This document shows, piece by piece, positions 52,557-64,000 of a DNA stretch of 64,000 nt; position 1 is the first letter of the stretch; every line of letters begins with the position of its first letter. The notes beneath the pieces were generated by a model. It worked only from the letters and a program-made list of their open reading frames with translations, did not search any database and was not told the origin of the DNA. Source of the DNA: Callorhinchus milii (Eukaryota); assembly GCF_018977255.1 (NCBI RefSeq), contig NW_024704742.1, positions 131,008,001-131,072,000 of the forward strand, given 5' to 3'. The position numbers and the translations under genes were made by a program.

Positions 52557-52757
52557 CAGTAGTGGCCAACTTGTAGCCCCAAGGGGCCATCAAGAAGTAG
52601 CTCTCCTCCTCCCCACCGAATGTTTATACAAGTCTAAGTAAGTCCATGTTATCACTTTTTTCCTGATTGAATATTTCTCGATTTATGGCACACATCAAGA
52701 AATATTCAATCAAGAGAATTTATTTTGTTGGCTGATCATAAAGGTTGGCCACCACTA
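52557..52757. mobile_element. Non-autonomous hAT (Charlie-type) MITE, 201 bp
   Basis: TIRs cagtagtggccaac / gttggccaccacta; perfect 8-bp target-site duplication ccttaagc at 52549-52556 and 52758-52765. Confidence 0.9.
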
Positions 52758-54844
52758 CCTTAAGCCTTTCTCTGGCCTGTTTGAGGGACAGTGTGCAAAT
52801 GGGCTGCCTACAAATACAGTCGCCACACTTTACAGCAAACCCTGTGAAGTGCTTTGAGATGTTCTCCTGACATAAAAGGCACTGTATCAAATACGAGGAG
52901 TATTTCCTTTTTAAGCTGAGCAGCTGCCACGTTTGTGCTGTTGATGGGCTTCAAAATGACCCAGCCGCATTACATTATATAACTGCTCTCTTTGCTGCCT
53001 TTATGGTTCTTTTGAACGCGCTGAGCAATGACACAGGCGTGTCAGACCTACGTGGAAATGGTCTGAGCTTTAAATCAGCTTCGCACTCAGTTCTTTTGAA
53101 GCAGAAAATAGTGTTTCAATAGTGATTCTTGGCCTTCCAAAATCAGACAACACTTTCAACTGCTCCATTTTCAATCTGTAGCACAGTTGTCTGGTCCGTC
53201 CTTGACATGGCAATAACCTCACTCCCCCAACATTCCCCCTTCAGTTTTCCTTTCAATATGAAACACGGTTCTCTTGCTCCGTGTTTGATGCATATATGGT
53301 TCCTGTCTGATTCACTCTGTAATGTGCTTTGGATAGTTCCACTTTTTTTTGCCCAGTGCCAGACTCGCTTCCATGCACCCATCGCATCTCTCTGGTTTTA
53401 CCATCACTTTACTTGTGATCGCAGAGCGAAATGCGGTGGGGAGGTGATGAGGGTGGTGTTGGCGCAGGTAAAAAGTGACCAAAAGTACAAAGATAAGTCT
53501 TAAGACAGGCTTTATAGGTCCTGGAGGGGAAAATCTAGATCAGGGGTAATCTTGTTATAACAAGATCCTCTGGCTCCAATATCTCAAAAGATCTTTCAAA
53601 AGCAAATCAGATAAACTTCTTTTAGAAAATAATATCTTGGGATGCAGTACATAGTTTGGGACATGACATGTGTATGTGACTACGCCTAGCAATTCTTACG
53701 TTCTTATCTTGAGTTATAAGCGAAACATGGGGAGTGAGGCGACATTAGATCCAGTCATTGCCCCCTTCCAGTCTCTTTAGCCATTTCAGACCAGATCGCC
53801 AATAGGACAGGTCAGAGAGGGACAGAGATAACCATCGCTGGTCATGTTCACCACAGACACGTGCAGCGTGTGGACTCCTACAGATAGGTTCTTATCTAGT
53901 GCTGATCACTGCTGTTGTCTGTGGGACCAGCTTCTGAATAAAACAGAGGATCACGAGCCCATTCTGACTGCATCTTTCCTCCTGTTGCATCTGTCACTCG
54001 TCAACCTTCTGACCCTCCAGCCAGGAGCTATTCCCCTCAATGACTGACAGGCGCCGCCACAACGCCTCGTTCCCTCTGCTGGCCACACACATAATTACAT
54101 AATATAACCCTAAATGCTGGACGGGTCAGTAGATCTATTCTGCCGTACGACTGGCTGCACAATGGGGGTGTTTAGCCTCCCGGGTTCCACATTCTGCCGT
54201 GCGCAATTGGCTGCTGCGTTTCGCCCACAAAATATACAGTCAGTTCACTTTACAATATATTCTGTGAAACGTTTTGAGACGTCTCAAAGACGTGAGAAGG
54301 TGCTATATCAAATGCCAGGATTATTATTGTTACTATTATTATGCTTTCACTAAGAATAGGAGAAATCCAGTTACCAGGTCCTCTGGCTCCAGTCTCCCAG
54401 ACGCCCCGTCCTCTCACTCGTCTACAAATCCCTTCACGTCCTGGCACCTCCCTACCTTTCTGACCTGCTTTCTCCCCACTCCACTACCCGCTGCCTCTGC
54501 TTGGTTGGCCCTGGTCTCCTGTTTGTCCCTCCACTGCACCATCGCCGGCTGAGTGAAGGGAGTGGGCAGAAGAGTGGGGTATGAGCAAGGCACAAACAGA
54601 GCACACAAGATGGCGTTGGCAGGATTTTGATGCTCTGGAATGGCCCCTTTTAAATACATCTCTTCTTTCTGTCAATAAACATCTGGGCAACAAACATCTG
54701 GGAACATGCTTAATTTTACAGCAAAGTGATCCAGACATTGAAAGTGCCATTCGTAAATGGGTCATAGTGACGACACAAGTCCTGCTGCTGTGAGCTACGA
54801 AGACACATTTGATTCCTATGAGCTTCTCTTTGTGAATTTTCTCA

Positions 54845-55030
54845 ACACATACATACACACAACCCACCCCCCGCCCCACACACACACCCATACACACACA
54901 CACATACACATACACACAAAGCCATGCATACTCACACCCACACACACACACACATACACACAAACTCATACATACTCACACTCACACCCATACACACACA
55001 CTCATGTACACATATGCCAAGCACGCACAC
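54845..55030. repeat. Degenerate (CA)n microsatellite, i.e. (UG)n on the transcribed strand
   Basis: Directly visible; starts about 20 nt into the intron from the 55050 donor. Confidence 0.92.
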
Positions 55031-55049
55031 CGAGCGATTGTGATCTTAC

Positions 55050-55178
55050 CTTTGCTATTTCCATCCGGCCCTCGAAGGATTGTGCATTCTTCAATGTTAC
55101 CGAAAGCTTCGAATAGTCTTCGTACGTCTTCCTCTGACTGTTGTTTGTTCAGCATGCCCACAAACAATTTTCTGTCTT
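55050..55178 (-). CDS. CELF4: CELF4 internal exon (129 nt), N-terminal half of RRM2 including RNP2 (LFVGML)
   Basis: Acceptor cttttgttccag|AA GAC AGA AAA TTG; donor AGC AAA G|gtaaga; peptide (E)[42 protein letters not shown](G); phase 1/1. Confidence 0.96.
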
Positions 55179-56232
55179 CTGGAACAAAAGTTAAAGGTGC
55201 TTACCACATCCTCGCTTGTCAATGTTATTTCACATTCAGTAATAAACATACACAAAGCAACTGATGATTTACGTTTGCGAATTGGCAGTTTAGATTTCCT
55301 TCACTCCCCCTCCACCCCCCACCATATTCCATCTTAGAACATTCTCACGTTAAACCAGAAGGTGGTCGTCACTTTCAATGCGATTGTATAAAAATATCTT
55401 GACAATTTATCGCTCTGACAGATTGATGCGATCTGTAGAGTATCTGCTTTCCTCGCTCATTAAAAGTAATACATTTTTACAAGATCACAACAGGGATTAT
55501 TCTCCCCCCAGCAGTGACTGTATTATACAGTGTGTTTTTTTTCATTTTAATATGGCATATTGGGATTTTTTTTGCTTCACCGTGATGGATAGGGTATCTT
55601 ATTTGTTTCAGATGACAGGAGACAGAAGGCTCCCCCATACCTTCTTCTATCCGAATTGGAAGTTGTTACGTGATAGGAGCTAAAACAAAATGCCTGTAAA
55701 TCTGGGTCTTTCAACCTCAGCGAAAAAGACCACCTCTTCCATATGGGTCTGACATCTATTCAGGCTCCTGTTCATTTTTGACATCCTGTCTTAAGATGGC
55801 AGCAGTGCATCAGAAGCAGACAGGCCAGTATTGCAATACTCTATACTTTACTCAGCGTAATTTATACAGCGCCTTTCACGTCAGCAGGGTGTCTCAAAGC
55901 GTTGGACAGTGCTGGCTGAGCACCCAAGCCGGGCAATAGGGGGGTGGAGAGGCAGGCTTTGAAAGTGACGTTCCAAAAAGCCGGGGCGGAATAGCTCAAA
56001 ACTCGCCTGCCAGAGTGGGGTGGATAGGATGGCGGGAAATGAAATAGGCCAGTATAGCTTCTCAACCCATCGTCTCTCATGCCAACTCACATCTTAACCA
56101 CACAAGTGCCTCTCTGCCTGTCCAGCTGGAACCACAATGATTAAGGCTGAGTTATAAGTTGCTCTGAGACCATAACAACAACTTGTATTTATATGGGATA
56201 GCGTCTCGGAGCATTTAAGGTAAAAGACCAAC

Positions 56233-56366
56233 ATATAACCCTCACATGAATATAACTACTGTACATAACCCTCACACCTATAAAACCATTGTAATATGAC
56301 ACTCACATGTACAGAACCACTGCATACACCCTTCACACCTACGTAAATACTGTATATAACCCTCAC
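56233..56366. repeat. Degenerate minisatellite, about 30-bp unit, about 4.4 copies
   Basis: Unit approximately atataaccctcacacntatanaaccactgt. Confidence 0.8.
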
Positions 56367-58614
56367 TGCAAATGAAATTTCACTTCTGGGCTTTTAGTTA
56401 TATCACAGCACACAAACCTGCCTATCATCAGCTGCCTCTATATCAGTGTTGAACGAGTCACACAATATAGCTGCAATTTATTTATCAAACAGAACAACGG
56501 CAACCGAAACAACAACATCTTCGATTTTATTGGCCGCATTGCCCTTCATAACAACATTCTCTTCATTTCCAATTGGTTTGATTTGGTGAAGCGCTACAGG
56601 ATGTTTATTCTATGTGAAAGGCCCTGTACGAACAAAAGTTGAACGGAAGTTTTATCTTGTGAGAAGGAGCTGAAAACAGTGTAGAGAAACCAATGTCTAA
56701 ACCACTGTTCGTTTTGCTTTTTAAATTTCTGCCTTTTGCACCTCGACCAAAACGGCTGGCAGGCTTGACTGGGCTGCGGACTGGTACAGAACAACAGCTT
56801 GGCTTGACTTGGCTTCTCTCTGTCTCTCCCACCCTTTGTACATCCCACTGTTAGCCTGGCTGATGGAAGTGACTTGGCTGTGCTGGGAATCAGGGAAGCA
56901 AAGTCACAACGCTACATTTCCCTGGCTCTGCCCTCCTCTCTTCCTCCTTCTCCGCCCCAGGCGACTTTCTCGGGAATCTTAATTCAGAATAAAGTATTGC
57001 CTGTGATGTGAGCTACCCTGAGGAATCATTGCTGTAGAAAGGGTAGCGAGCAGCTGCAAGTTATCTGCAGGGCCAATGAAGATAGTCACGTCAGCTTCTG
57101 GTCGAAACACAACGAGAAGCTGAGGGAACGTGTCAGGATTTTTTTTCCTCTCCTTTATTCGCCGAATGATAAACTGGGTCAGAATTGATCAAATCTATCA
57201 CACCCACAGCTGTGAGCGGACTGGACTGGACTGTCAGATCACCACAGCAGGGGCTCAAACTGTACCCAGAGTGTAGTGCGTGTCCTGCGGTGGGGGATGG
57301 TGGGGGGAGCTGGAGGGGTGTGGTGGAAGGCCTACTGATGGCAGTAAAATGGGTCGGCACCAGATGATGTAATGCAGTGAGAGTGGAGGTACTTTATACA
57401 TAAGTGGAATCACTGCCAGCAAAATAATAATATAGTAATAATAATAATCCTTGCATTTGATACAGCTCCTTATCACATCTTCGAGATGTCTCAAAGCGCT
57501 TCACAGAAAATACTGTGAAGGGTAGTGACTGTATATTTTGTGGCCAAAACGCGGCAGCCAATTGCGCAGAGCAGTCATGGATTGAGTGACCAAATTATTA
57601 TTTTTTCAAAAAGATTTTTTTTAAAAGGGAGCGTTACCCCCGGATAGGCAAAATATGCAAAATATTGAAACAAGAGCGACAGATTTCACTTGTATGCTAC
57701 ATTTTACATGGGGAGAAGGGTTTCCCAAAGCTCTTTACAAAGAAGGAATGGGAACCTGAATTAATGATAATAAATAATAATAACTCTCATGTTTAATATA
57801 TCATGCCTTTCCCAGTGTCTCCAAGGATTCACGGAATTTACTGTAACAAGTGTAGTGACAATTTTTTAGGTGAACGTGGTAGTCAATTTGTGCACAGCAA
57901 TGTCCCACAAACAGCTATGAAGTGAATGACCAATTATTTATTTGAGAGATTGTTGGCCAGGATAGAGGGTGAAACTCTTTTTTGAATCGTGCCATGGGAT
58001 CTTAAACGTCCACTTGAACAAGCGGACTGGATCTCGGTTTAAAATCTCATTCAAAGGACGGTACCTCCAGCAACTCAACAACCCCCACAACACTGCATTG
58101 GATTGTCTGCTTAGACTATGTCTAGGGACGGTGGTTGGTGGGTGGGGGGGAGTGTTGGAGATTAGTGGGGGAGGTGAAGATGCAGTCAATGTGATCATTT
58201 TTTAAACCAGTTTTGAAGGCAGAGAGCGAAGTGAAGAGAATTCAATTTTTTCCAGGAATAGTTTTCCCTCTCACCCACTCCCCTCTCTCTCTCTCTCTCT
58301 CTCTCTCTGTTTCACTCTCTCTCTCACCCGTTCAAAGCAACTCATCTTCATGGCATAAAACCAAGGCCAATGCAAGTTGCAAGCAAAAGCTTGGAGACCA
58401 ATGCCAGTGGGATGGCCAAATCCCTGGGCTCTTTCGAGCACACTCCAGAGAGGAGACCTTCAACTAATGATCCATCTTCAAAGGCTGAAATCTGTTCAAA
58501 CGAAAGTGCTTTAGGGCATACATGGGACTGTGCACTGTCTTTCTCCCACAGTGCCATCGCCCTTTAAGAGTTGAACAGAAGCTAATTTATTTTGAAATAC
58601 GCTGCTGTATATTT

Positions 58615-59065
58615 AATAATAATCCTTGCATTTGATATAGCGCCTCATCACGTTATTGAGACATCTCAAAGCGCTTCAAAGAATATGCTGTAAAGTGAAT
58701 TGACTGTGTATTTTGCAGGCGAACGTGGCAGCCAATTGCACACAGCAGTGTCCCACAAACAGTGGTGGGTTGAGTGACAAAATTATTATTACCCCCAAAA
58801 AGCGATCTGCCGATTGACTGCACAACGCTAAGCTGTATAGTCAAAGTCCTGCTTTAAGCGCTCAGTGACGTTACCCTGGAGGGCTCTATCTAAGTGCAAG
58901 TTGTTGTTGTTGTTGTTGACTAACAACTGAACTCCTATTTACTGCTAGGAAAACAGAGGTGTGTGGAGTAAGGAAACTTGCCTAATGTTTCGCCCTGCCC
59001 AGGAATCGAACCTGGGTCCTCTCACTTGCAAGGCGAGGGCTCTAACCAATACGCTCCAGGACTCC
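58615..59065 (-). mobile_element. SINE family A interrupted by a short plus-strand (GTT)n-ended L2-type tail (about 58820-58917)
   Basis: SINE central block is split at gattgact...ttgactaacaac. Confidence 0.8.
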
Positions 59066-62000
59066 ACAATTTAAAAATGAAACAGTTATCAGAATACTTG
59101 AGGTAAGACGTACAAGCGATAATTAACGGATTGTTTTTGTCATGTCGGGAGAACTTGTCAAAGTGCTTCCCAAGATTTACTATAAAGTGTAGCGCGGTTG
59201 TCCGAGACAGCTCTGCGTGGAAGGCTCTATATGAATCGAAGTTCAGTGTAGTGACTGGGCAGCTTGTAAGATCAGCCACTTAAACAGGTCATAAAATGGG
59301 ACAGATTCAATGTTTCAATTCAATTTTTCGACGTCCTTCTCACCAGCCTCCCCAGCTCCACCCTCCACAAGCTCTGGATCATCTAGAATTCCATAGCCCG
59401 CATCCCATAACAATAGAAACCCCTTGTGTTTGATTACAGAGTCTTATCAAGTCATTGACATTTCTCAAAGTGCTTCACAGAATTTTACTGTAAAGTCTTA
59501 GCTGCGGTGTATCATGCAGGTGAACAGGGCAGGCAATTTGGATACTCTTACACGTGGTGATGGCTTCCCACATGTGTCAGACACCCAGCTGGCCAAAAAC
59601 AACCTGCATCAAACTAACCTTGTCAGACTCCAGTTGTCTCAACTGCTGTGTTCTCTTGCCTTTGCTGTGCTAACAAACGTGTCACTGTGCTGAGATCTGT
59701 CAAGCGAGTTTTGTTATTCTGAATGATCGCAGCCCGCTATTTATTATTGTTATTGCTGACAAGGGACCGAAAAATCCAATGACTCTCACTGGCGTAAATT
59801 ATTTAGTAATATTTTATCCGATAATGCGAGCAGACCAATTACCAGAGCAGATTGACAATAATAATGTGCGCTGCCATGTTCAACAACTTTGTCAGGATTC
59901 CAAATGTTACGACGAGAACATTTCGGAAAATTGTGCGAAGGAAAAAAAANCGTAGCTGTTTGTTCCGATCTGCTGGTCCTCCTGATAGTGACAGAGGTGA
60001 AAGGTGGCCCATGAATGCGTATTGTTGGCTGGATATTGTGGACGTTTCTACGTACAGTCAATTCACTTTACAGTACAATTTCGTGAAGTGCTTTGAGACA
60101 TCTCAAAGACGTGATATCTTGTGATATCAAATGCAAGGATTATTATTATTATTATTTAATCTTACAAGCCAAACTCTAAGTGCTAGGGTGGTCCTAGTTG
60201 GACAAGCAGTGGGACAGGTTGCCAAACAGCGATATCAATGGCAAACTATGCGGTTTTAGCTGGTCAGACTCCATCAGTTACCCCAACGCACACTCTGGGA
60301 TCCCCAAGCCTTGGCTCTTGCCAATCTGTGCCTAATACTTTCCGGAGTTGGGTAAATAGGATCCGTCCCTTCAGGGAGAGAGAGAGAGCATACTATTCCA
60401 ACAATCTATCTCTGAAATTTCCATGATCAAAAAAAAGCTGGATTTAATTTTATTTTAGCATTCGTACTGCTGGGCAGAGTGACCGTTCTTTGGGCTGAAG
60501 AGGATGTTTGTAAGACTACTGATGCTTTATATTATGTCAACAAGCGGAACTGTGGAACAGATATTTGCAATCTATCTTACCCTGTTGACTACTGTTTACA
60601 GGCAGCATATGTCGTGTCTGTGTTTGCTTGATGGGATTGTAACAGATTTCCAATAGTGCAGGTCTACTAATTCACATCAAATTAAATGCAATGCAGTTAA
60701 TGGAAAAGTTTCCGAGCCAGACAGCGGTAGCTTAGTCTATCCAATGATCTCAACACCGGGGAGTACGTTCAGGTCTACAAAATACTCAGTCATCACACTT
60801 TAGAGTTTGGGCTTTCATGTCGGGAGGATGTTTCCGAGCACTTCACGGGATTTACTGTGAAGCGTAGTGACTGTATGCAAGCACTGCAGCCAACTTGCAT
60901 ACAACTATGTCCCACAGACAGCCATGAAGTGAATGACCAATATTATCTGTGAGACTGTTGGCCAGGACGCCAAGTAGAAACTCCTTTCTCTTTACGACTA
61001 GTATCACATCCACCTCAACAGACAAACGGGACCTCAGTTGAACATCTCATCTGAAGAACTGCACCTCCAATAACACAGCACGCACCCATTCACTATGTCA
61101 ATTCCAAACCCGACATGGGGGCTTGAACCCACTACCTTCTGACTCGGAGACAAAGCAGGCTGTTATGAAAGTGACGGTGGGGGTGTTGAGGTTGTATAGG
61201 ATGTGCCTAAGCTTAAGTGCTGAAAGCTATTGTAATAGAAGTTGCAATTCAACATCTTGCGCTGTTTGAATCGTCTCCTTGTTCGGAAAGTGTAACATGA
61301 AAGTGTAACACTCTGTTGCTGTTGTTTTCAAAGCTGTCAATAACAATAATTGAAATGTTCCACTCACAGTTCACGGCCCTAATACAGTCTCGTACAATCT
61401 TGGTAACATCTCCGCCAGCCCCTAGACTATGTCCATAACTGAGAGGACATTAACTGCCTCGAATTAAACCGTGTGATTAAAATGAAAATCACAAAAGACA
61501 AAGGTCTTTCACACTGATGAAACTTGCTGTCAGTTAATCCCTCTTTACCATGCTTAAAAATTCCATTTCCTCCTTTGAAATGGAATTATATGTCATCTCA
61601 TTTAAATTCCAGATTCAATATCTTCTTGCACCGTCTCTGTTCGCAATCTCTGATTACATTCTTCATTACTTTTATTGTTTCGGCAACTTTCTTGATTGCA
61701 TTAAAATTCAGCGGCACTTCAAATTCCCTCCTTTCCTCCTTGCCTCCCTCCCTCCTCTCCTCTCCCTCATTCCCTCCCTCGCTCCCATCGCCCCTCTCCC
61801 TCCCTTTCCCCCTCTCCCCATCTTTGGGTTTTATTAATGCATTAATTTCTTTTCATATCCCCGCTCACATTTAAATTATGCAAAAAATGCCACCAGCATT
61901 TGGGAGAGACTCACTTCCCTCCCCCATTAACCCCCTACCCCTACTCGCCAACCAAAGTATGACTTGTGCAAGAACAATTAATAGGTAGATTGTTACATAG

Positions 62001-62214
62001 ACCGACAGAGAATTACACTGAACCATTTTTCCTCTCTCTCTCCTAATGTCCTTAACACTTGTGAGATGACATTTCGTTTGCCTGGGCTTACTGAAAAAGA
62101 TTAATTCAATATGTTTCCCTTGATTTTCTTCTGTGAAATGCATAGCATTCTTTTACACCAAAGTTATGACATGATTGCCTTTTTTTTTATCAATGTGAGA
62201 CTTATGTGACAAGC

Positions 62215-63075
62215 AACAACAACAACAAAATTACATTTGTATAGTGCCTTTCACATCAGGAGGATAATTAATGTTTCGGATCCGAGCTGGGGTTCAGGAT
62301 CGGGGAGGTTGTAGGGTAGGGGGAGAAGGAGGGTGACCGAAGACACAATCAAAGAGGAAGGTCTTGAGATGGGTCTTGAAGGAAGCAAGGGAGGGGCGAG
62401 GCAGAGGGACAGTGGGATGGAGTTCCAGAGGATGGGAGCAAAGTGGCAGAAGGCCTGCCCGCCAATGGTGGGTGGGGGTGGGGGTGCAAGGCGGGAGATG
62501 TGAAGCAGGCCGGAGTCCGCTGAGCAGTGGGAGCGGCAGGTTGGTAGGGGGTTAGAAGGTCGCAAAGGTAGGAGGGGAGCAAGGCCATGGAGGGCTTTGA
62601 AGGTGAGGACCAGGATCTTGAACTGTATCCTCTGTGTGATGGGAAGCCAGTGAAGTCAGGCGAGAATGGGGGTGATAGGGTGCGGAACCTAGTGCGGGAG
62701 AGACAACGTGCTGCAGAGTGGAGGGAGGAGTTGGGGGGGCCGATAAGCAGGGAGTTTGCGTAGTTGAGCCTGGATGTTAGGAATGTGCTTGTGAGGGTTT
62801 CAGCGACCTGCGGTGTGAGACAGTGGTGGAGCCGGGTGATGTCGCGGAGGTGGGGGATGGCAGAGTGGGTCATGGCACGGATGTGGGGTATAAGGGAGAG
62901 TTGAGGGTCAAACAAGACGCCAATGTTCTGGATTGGCTTAGCAAGGTGGAGTGTGCATCCTTGGATAGTGACGTTATCAGCACCTGAGGTGTGGAGGGGC
63001 TGACGGGAGCCAATCAGGAGAGCCTCGGTCTTGTTGACATTAAACTGTAGAACGTTAAATTCAACCCAGAGATTG
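62215..63075 (-). mobile_element. L2-clade LINE, 5'-truncated ORF2 remnant
   Basis: LQFNVNKTEALLIGS...IQNIGVLFDPQLSL...AETLTSTFLTSRLNYANSLLIG; frameshifted downstream; (GTT)n tail. Confidence 0.92.
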
Positions 63076-63169
63076 AGATTCAATATCAAATTCTTACTGC
63101 TCTGCTCTGATCAAGGGTATGAGTCACAAGCTTTCTGCTGCACCCTGTTCTTGCCCTGCTAACGCATTA

Positions 63170-63490
63170 GTAATAATCCTTGCGTTTGATATAGCGCCTT
63201 ATCACATCTTTGAGCTGTCTGAAAGCACTTCGCAGAATATACTGCAAAGTAAATTGACTGTATTTTGTGGGCGAAATGTGGCAGCCAATTGCACACAGCA
63301 GTGTCCCACAAACCGTCGTGGATTAAGTAAAACATTTTTTTCAAGGAATTATTACCCCTGAAAAGCGATTCTCCAATACTAGGTAAACAGATATGTGGAG
63401 TAAGGAAACTTGCCTAAGGTTTCGCCCTGCCGAGAATCAAACCTGGGACCTCTTGATTGCGAGGTGAGCATGCTAACCACTAAACCACAA
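63170..63490 (-). mobile_element. SINE family A
   Basis: Common tail plus reverse-complement head tgtggagtaaggaaacttgcctaaggtttcgccctgcc...gctaaccact. Confidence 0.85.
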
Positions 63491-64000
63491 TATCTTATTA
63501 TCACAAAGTCACTACGCTTCACAGTAAAATGTGCAACGCTTTGAGGTGTCTCAACGACTTAATAAGATGCTCGATCAAATGAAAGGGTTGATGTATCAAT
63601 GCTATCAACACTCCTCATATGACGGCTGATGAATGCTTTCGTACAGCAAGAAAATTTGGACTCTTTCTCCTAAAGTCACCTTATTTGCCTTTATTCCCGA
63701 TGTGAAAGGCGCTATACAAATGTAATCTTGTTATTGTTGTTGTTTATTTTTCACTGCAGCCGAATGCTTGGCTAATGATTTCCTAGATTTATCCACAGTA
63801 ATAAACACAGAAATTATTCCTGAGGTGCACCACCATTTCACTTAGGATGCATTTCCTACAGCGCTGTTGCAGAAAATCACGTGCCACAGAGCACATCAAA
63901 GAATGTTACAGCGGGGGTGGTGGGGGTGGGGGGCAGCCCCAATGGTGTAATGGATAGAGCTGTATCTTACAGACCTTCGCTGGTTTAAATCCTGGTCTTT

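Noticed and set aside
55176..55181. NAGNAG alternative acceptor (CAG AAG)
   Set aside because: Real motif but very common, with at most a one-residue effect and no evidence of use
55179..55260. Donor-like GTG|gtaagc 26 nt upstream of the 55178 acceptor (possible mutually exclusive exon)
   Set aside because: The implied upstream exon has a poor acceptor, the wrong end phase and no RRM similarity
58213..58567. Plus-strand exon-like ORFs after a (CT)n tract
   Set aside because: Tract is a microsatellite; no clear donor or recognisable peptide
62349..63089. 246-aa ORF as an intact gene
   Set aside because: Truncated, frameshifted L2 ORF2 remnant

Overview
Vertebrate genomic DNA, most likely from a cartilaginous fish (inferred from the repeat types). 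The whole window lies inside a minus-strand CELF/BRUNO-like RNA-binding-protein gene whose peptide matches CELF4. Four short GT-AG exons (55050-55178, 48095-48174, 20443-20586, 654-801; 501 nt total) splice in frame and encode RRM2 plus the start of the Q/A/M-rich divergent domain. The RRM1 exons lie beyond the right edge and the RRM3 exons beyond the left edge. The introns are packed with retroposons: a tRNA-Ala/CORE-like SINE and a Deu-domain SINE that share one 3' tail, L2 and CR1 LINE 3' fragments, hAT and other MITEs, and microsatellites. Nearly all entries in the ORF track are spurious. I found no firm evidence of a new biological system. The best leads concern splicing regulation: a candidate 21-nt microexon or recursive site, a UG tract downstream of the RRM2 exon, and inverted SINE pairs around exons. 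There are also unclassified repeat families. Repeat boundaries are approximate and only representative copies are listed. Family names come from recalled consensus motifs, not database searches.
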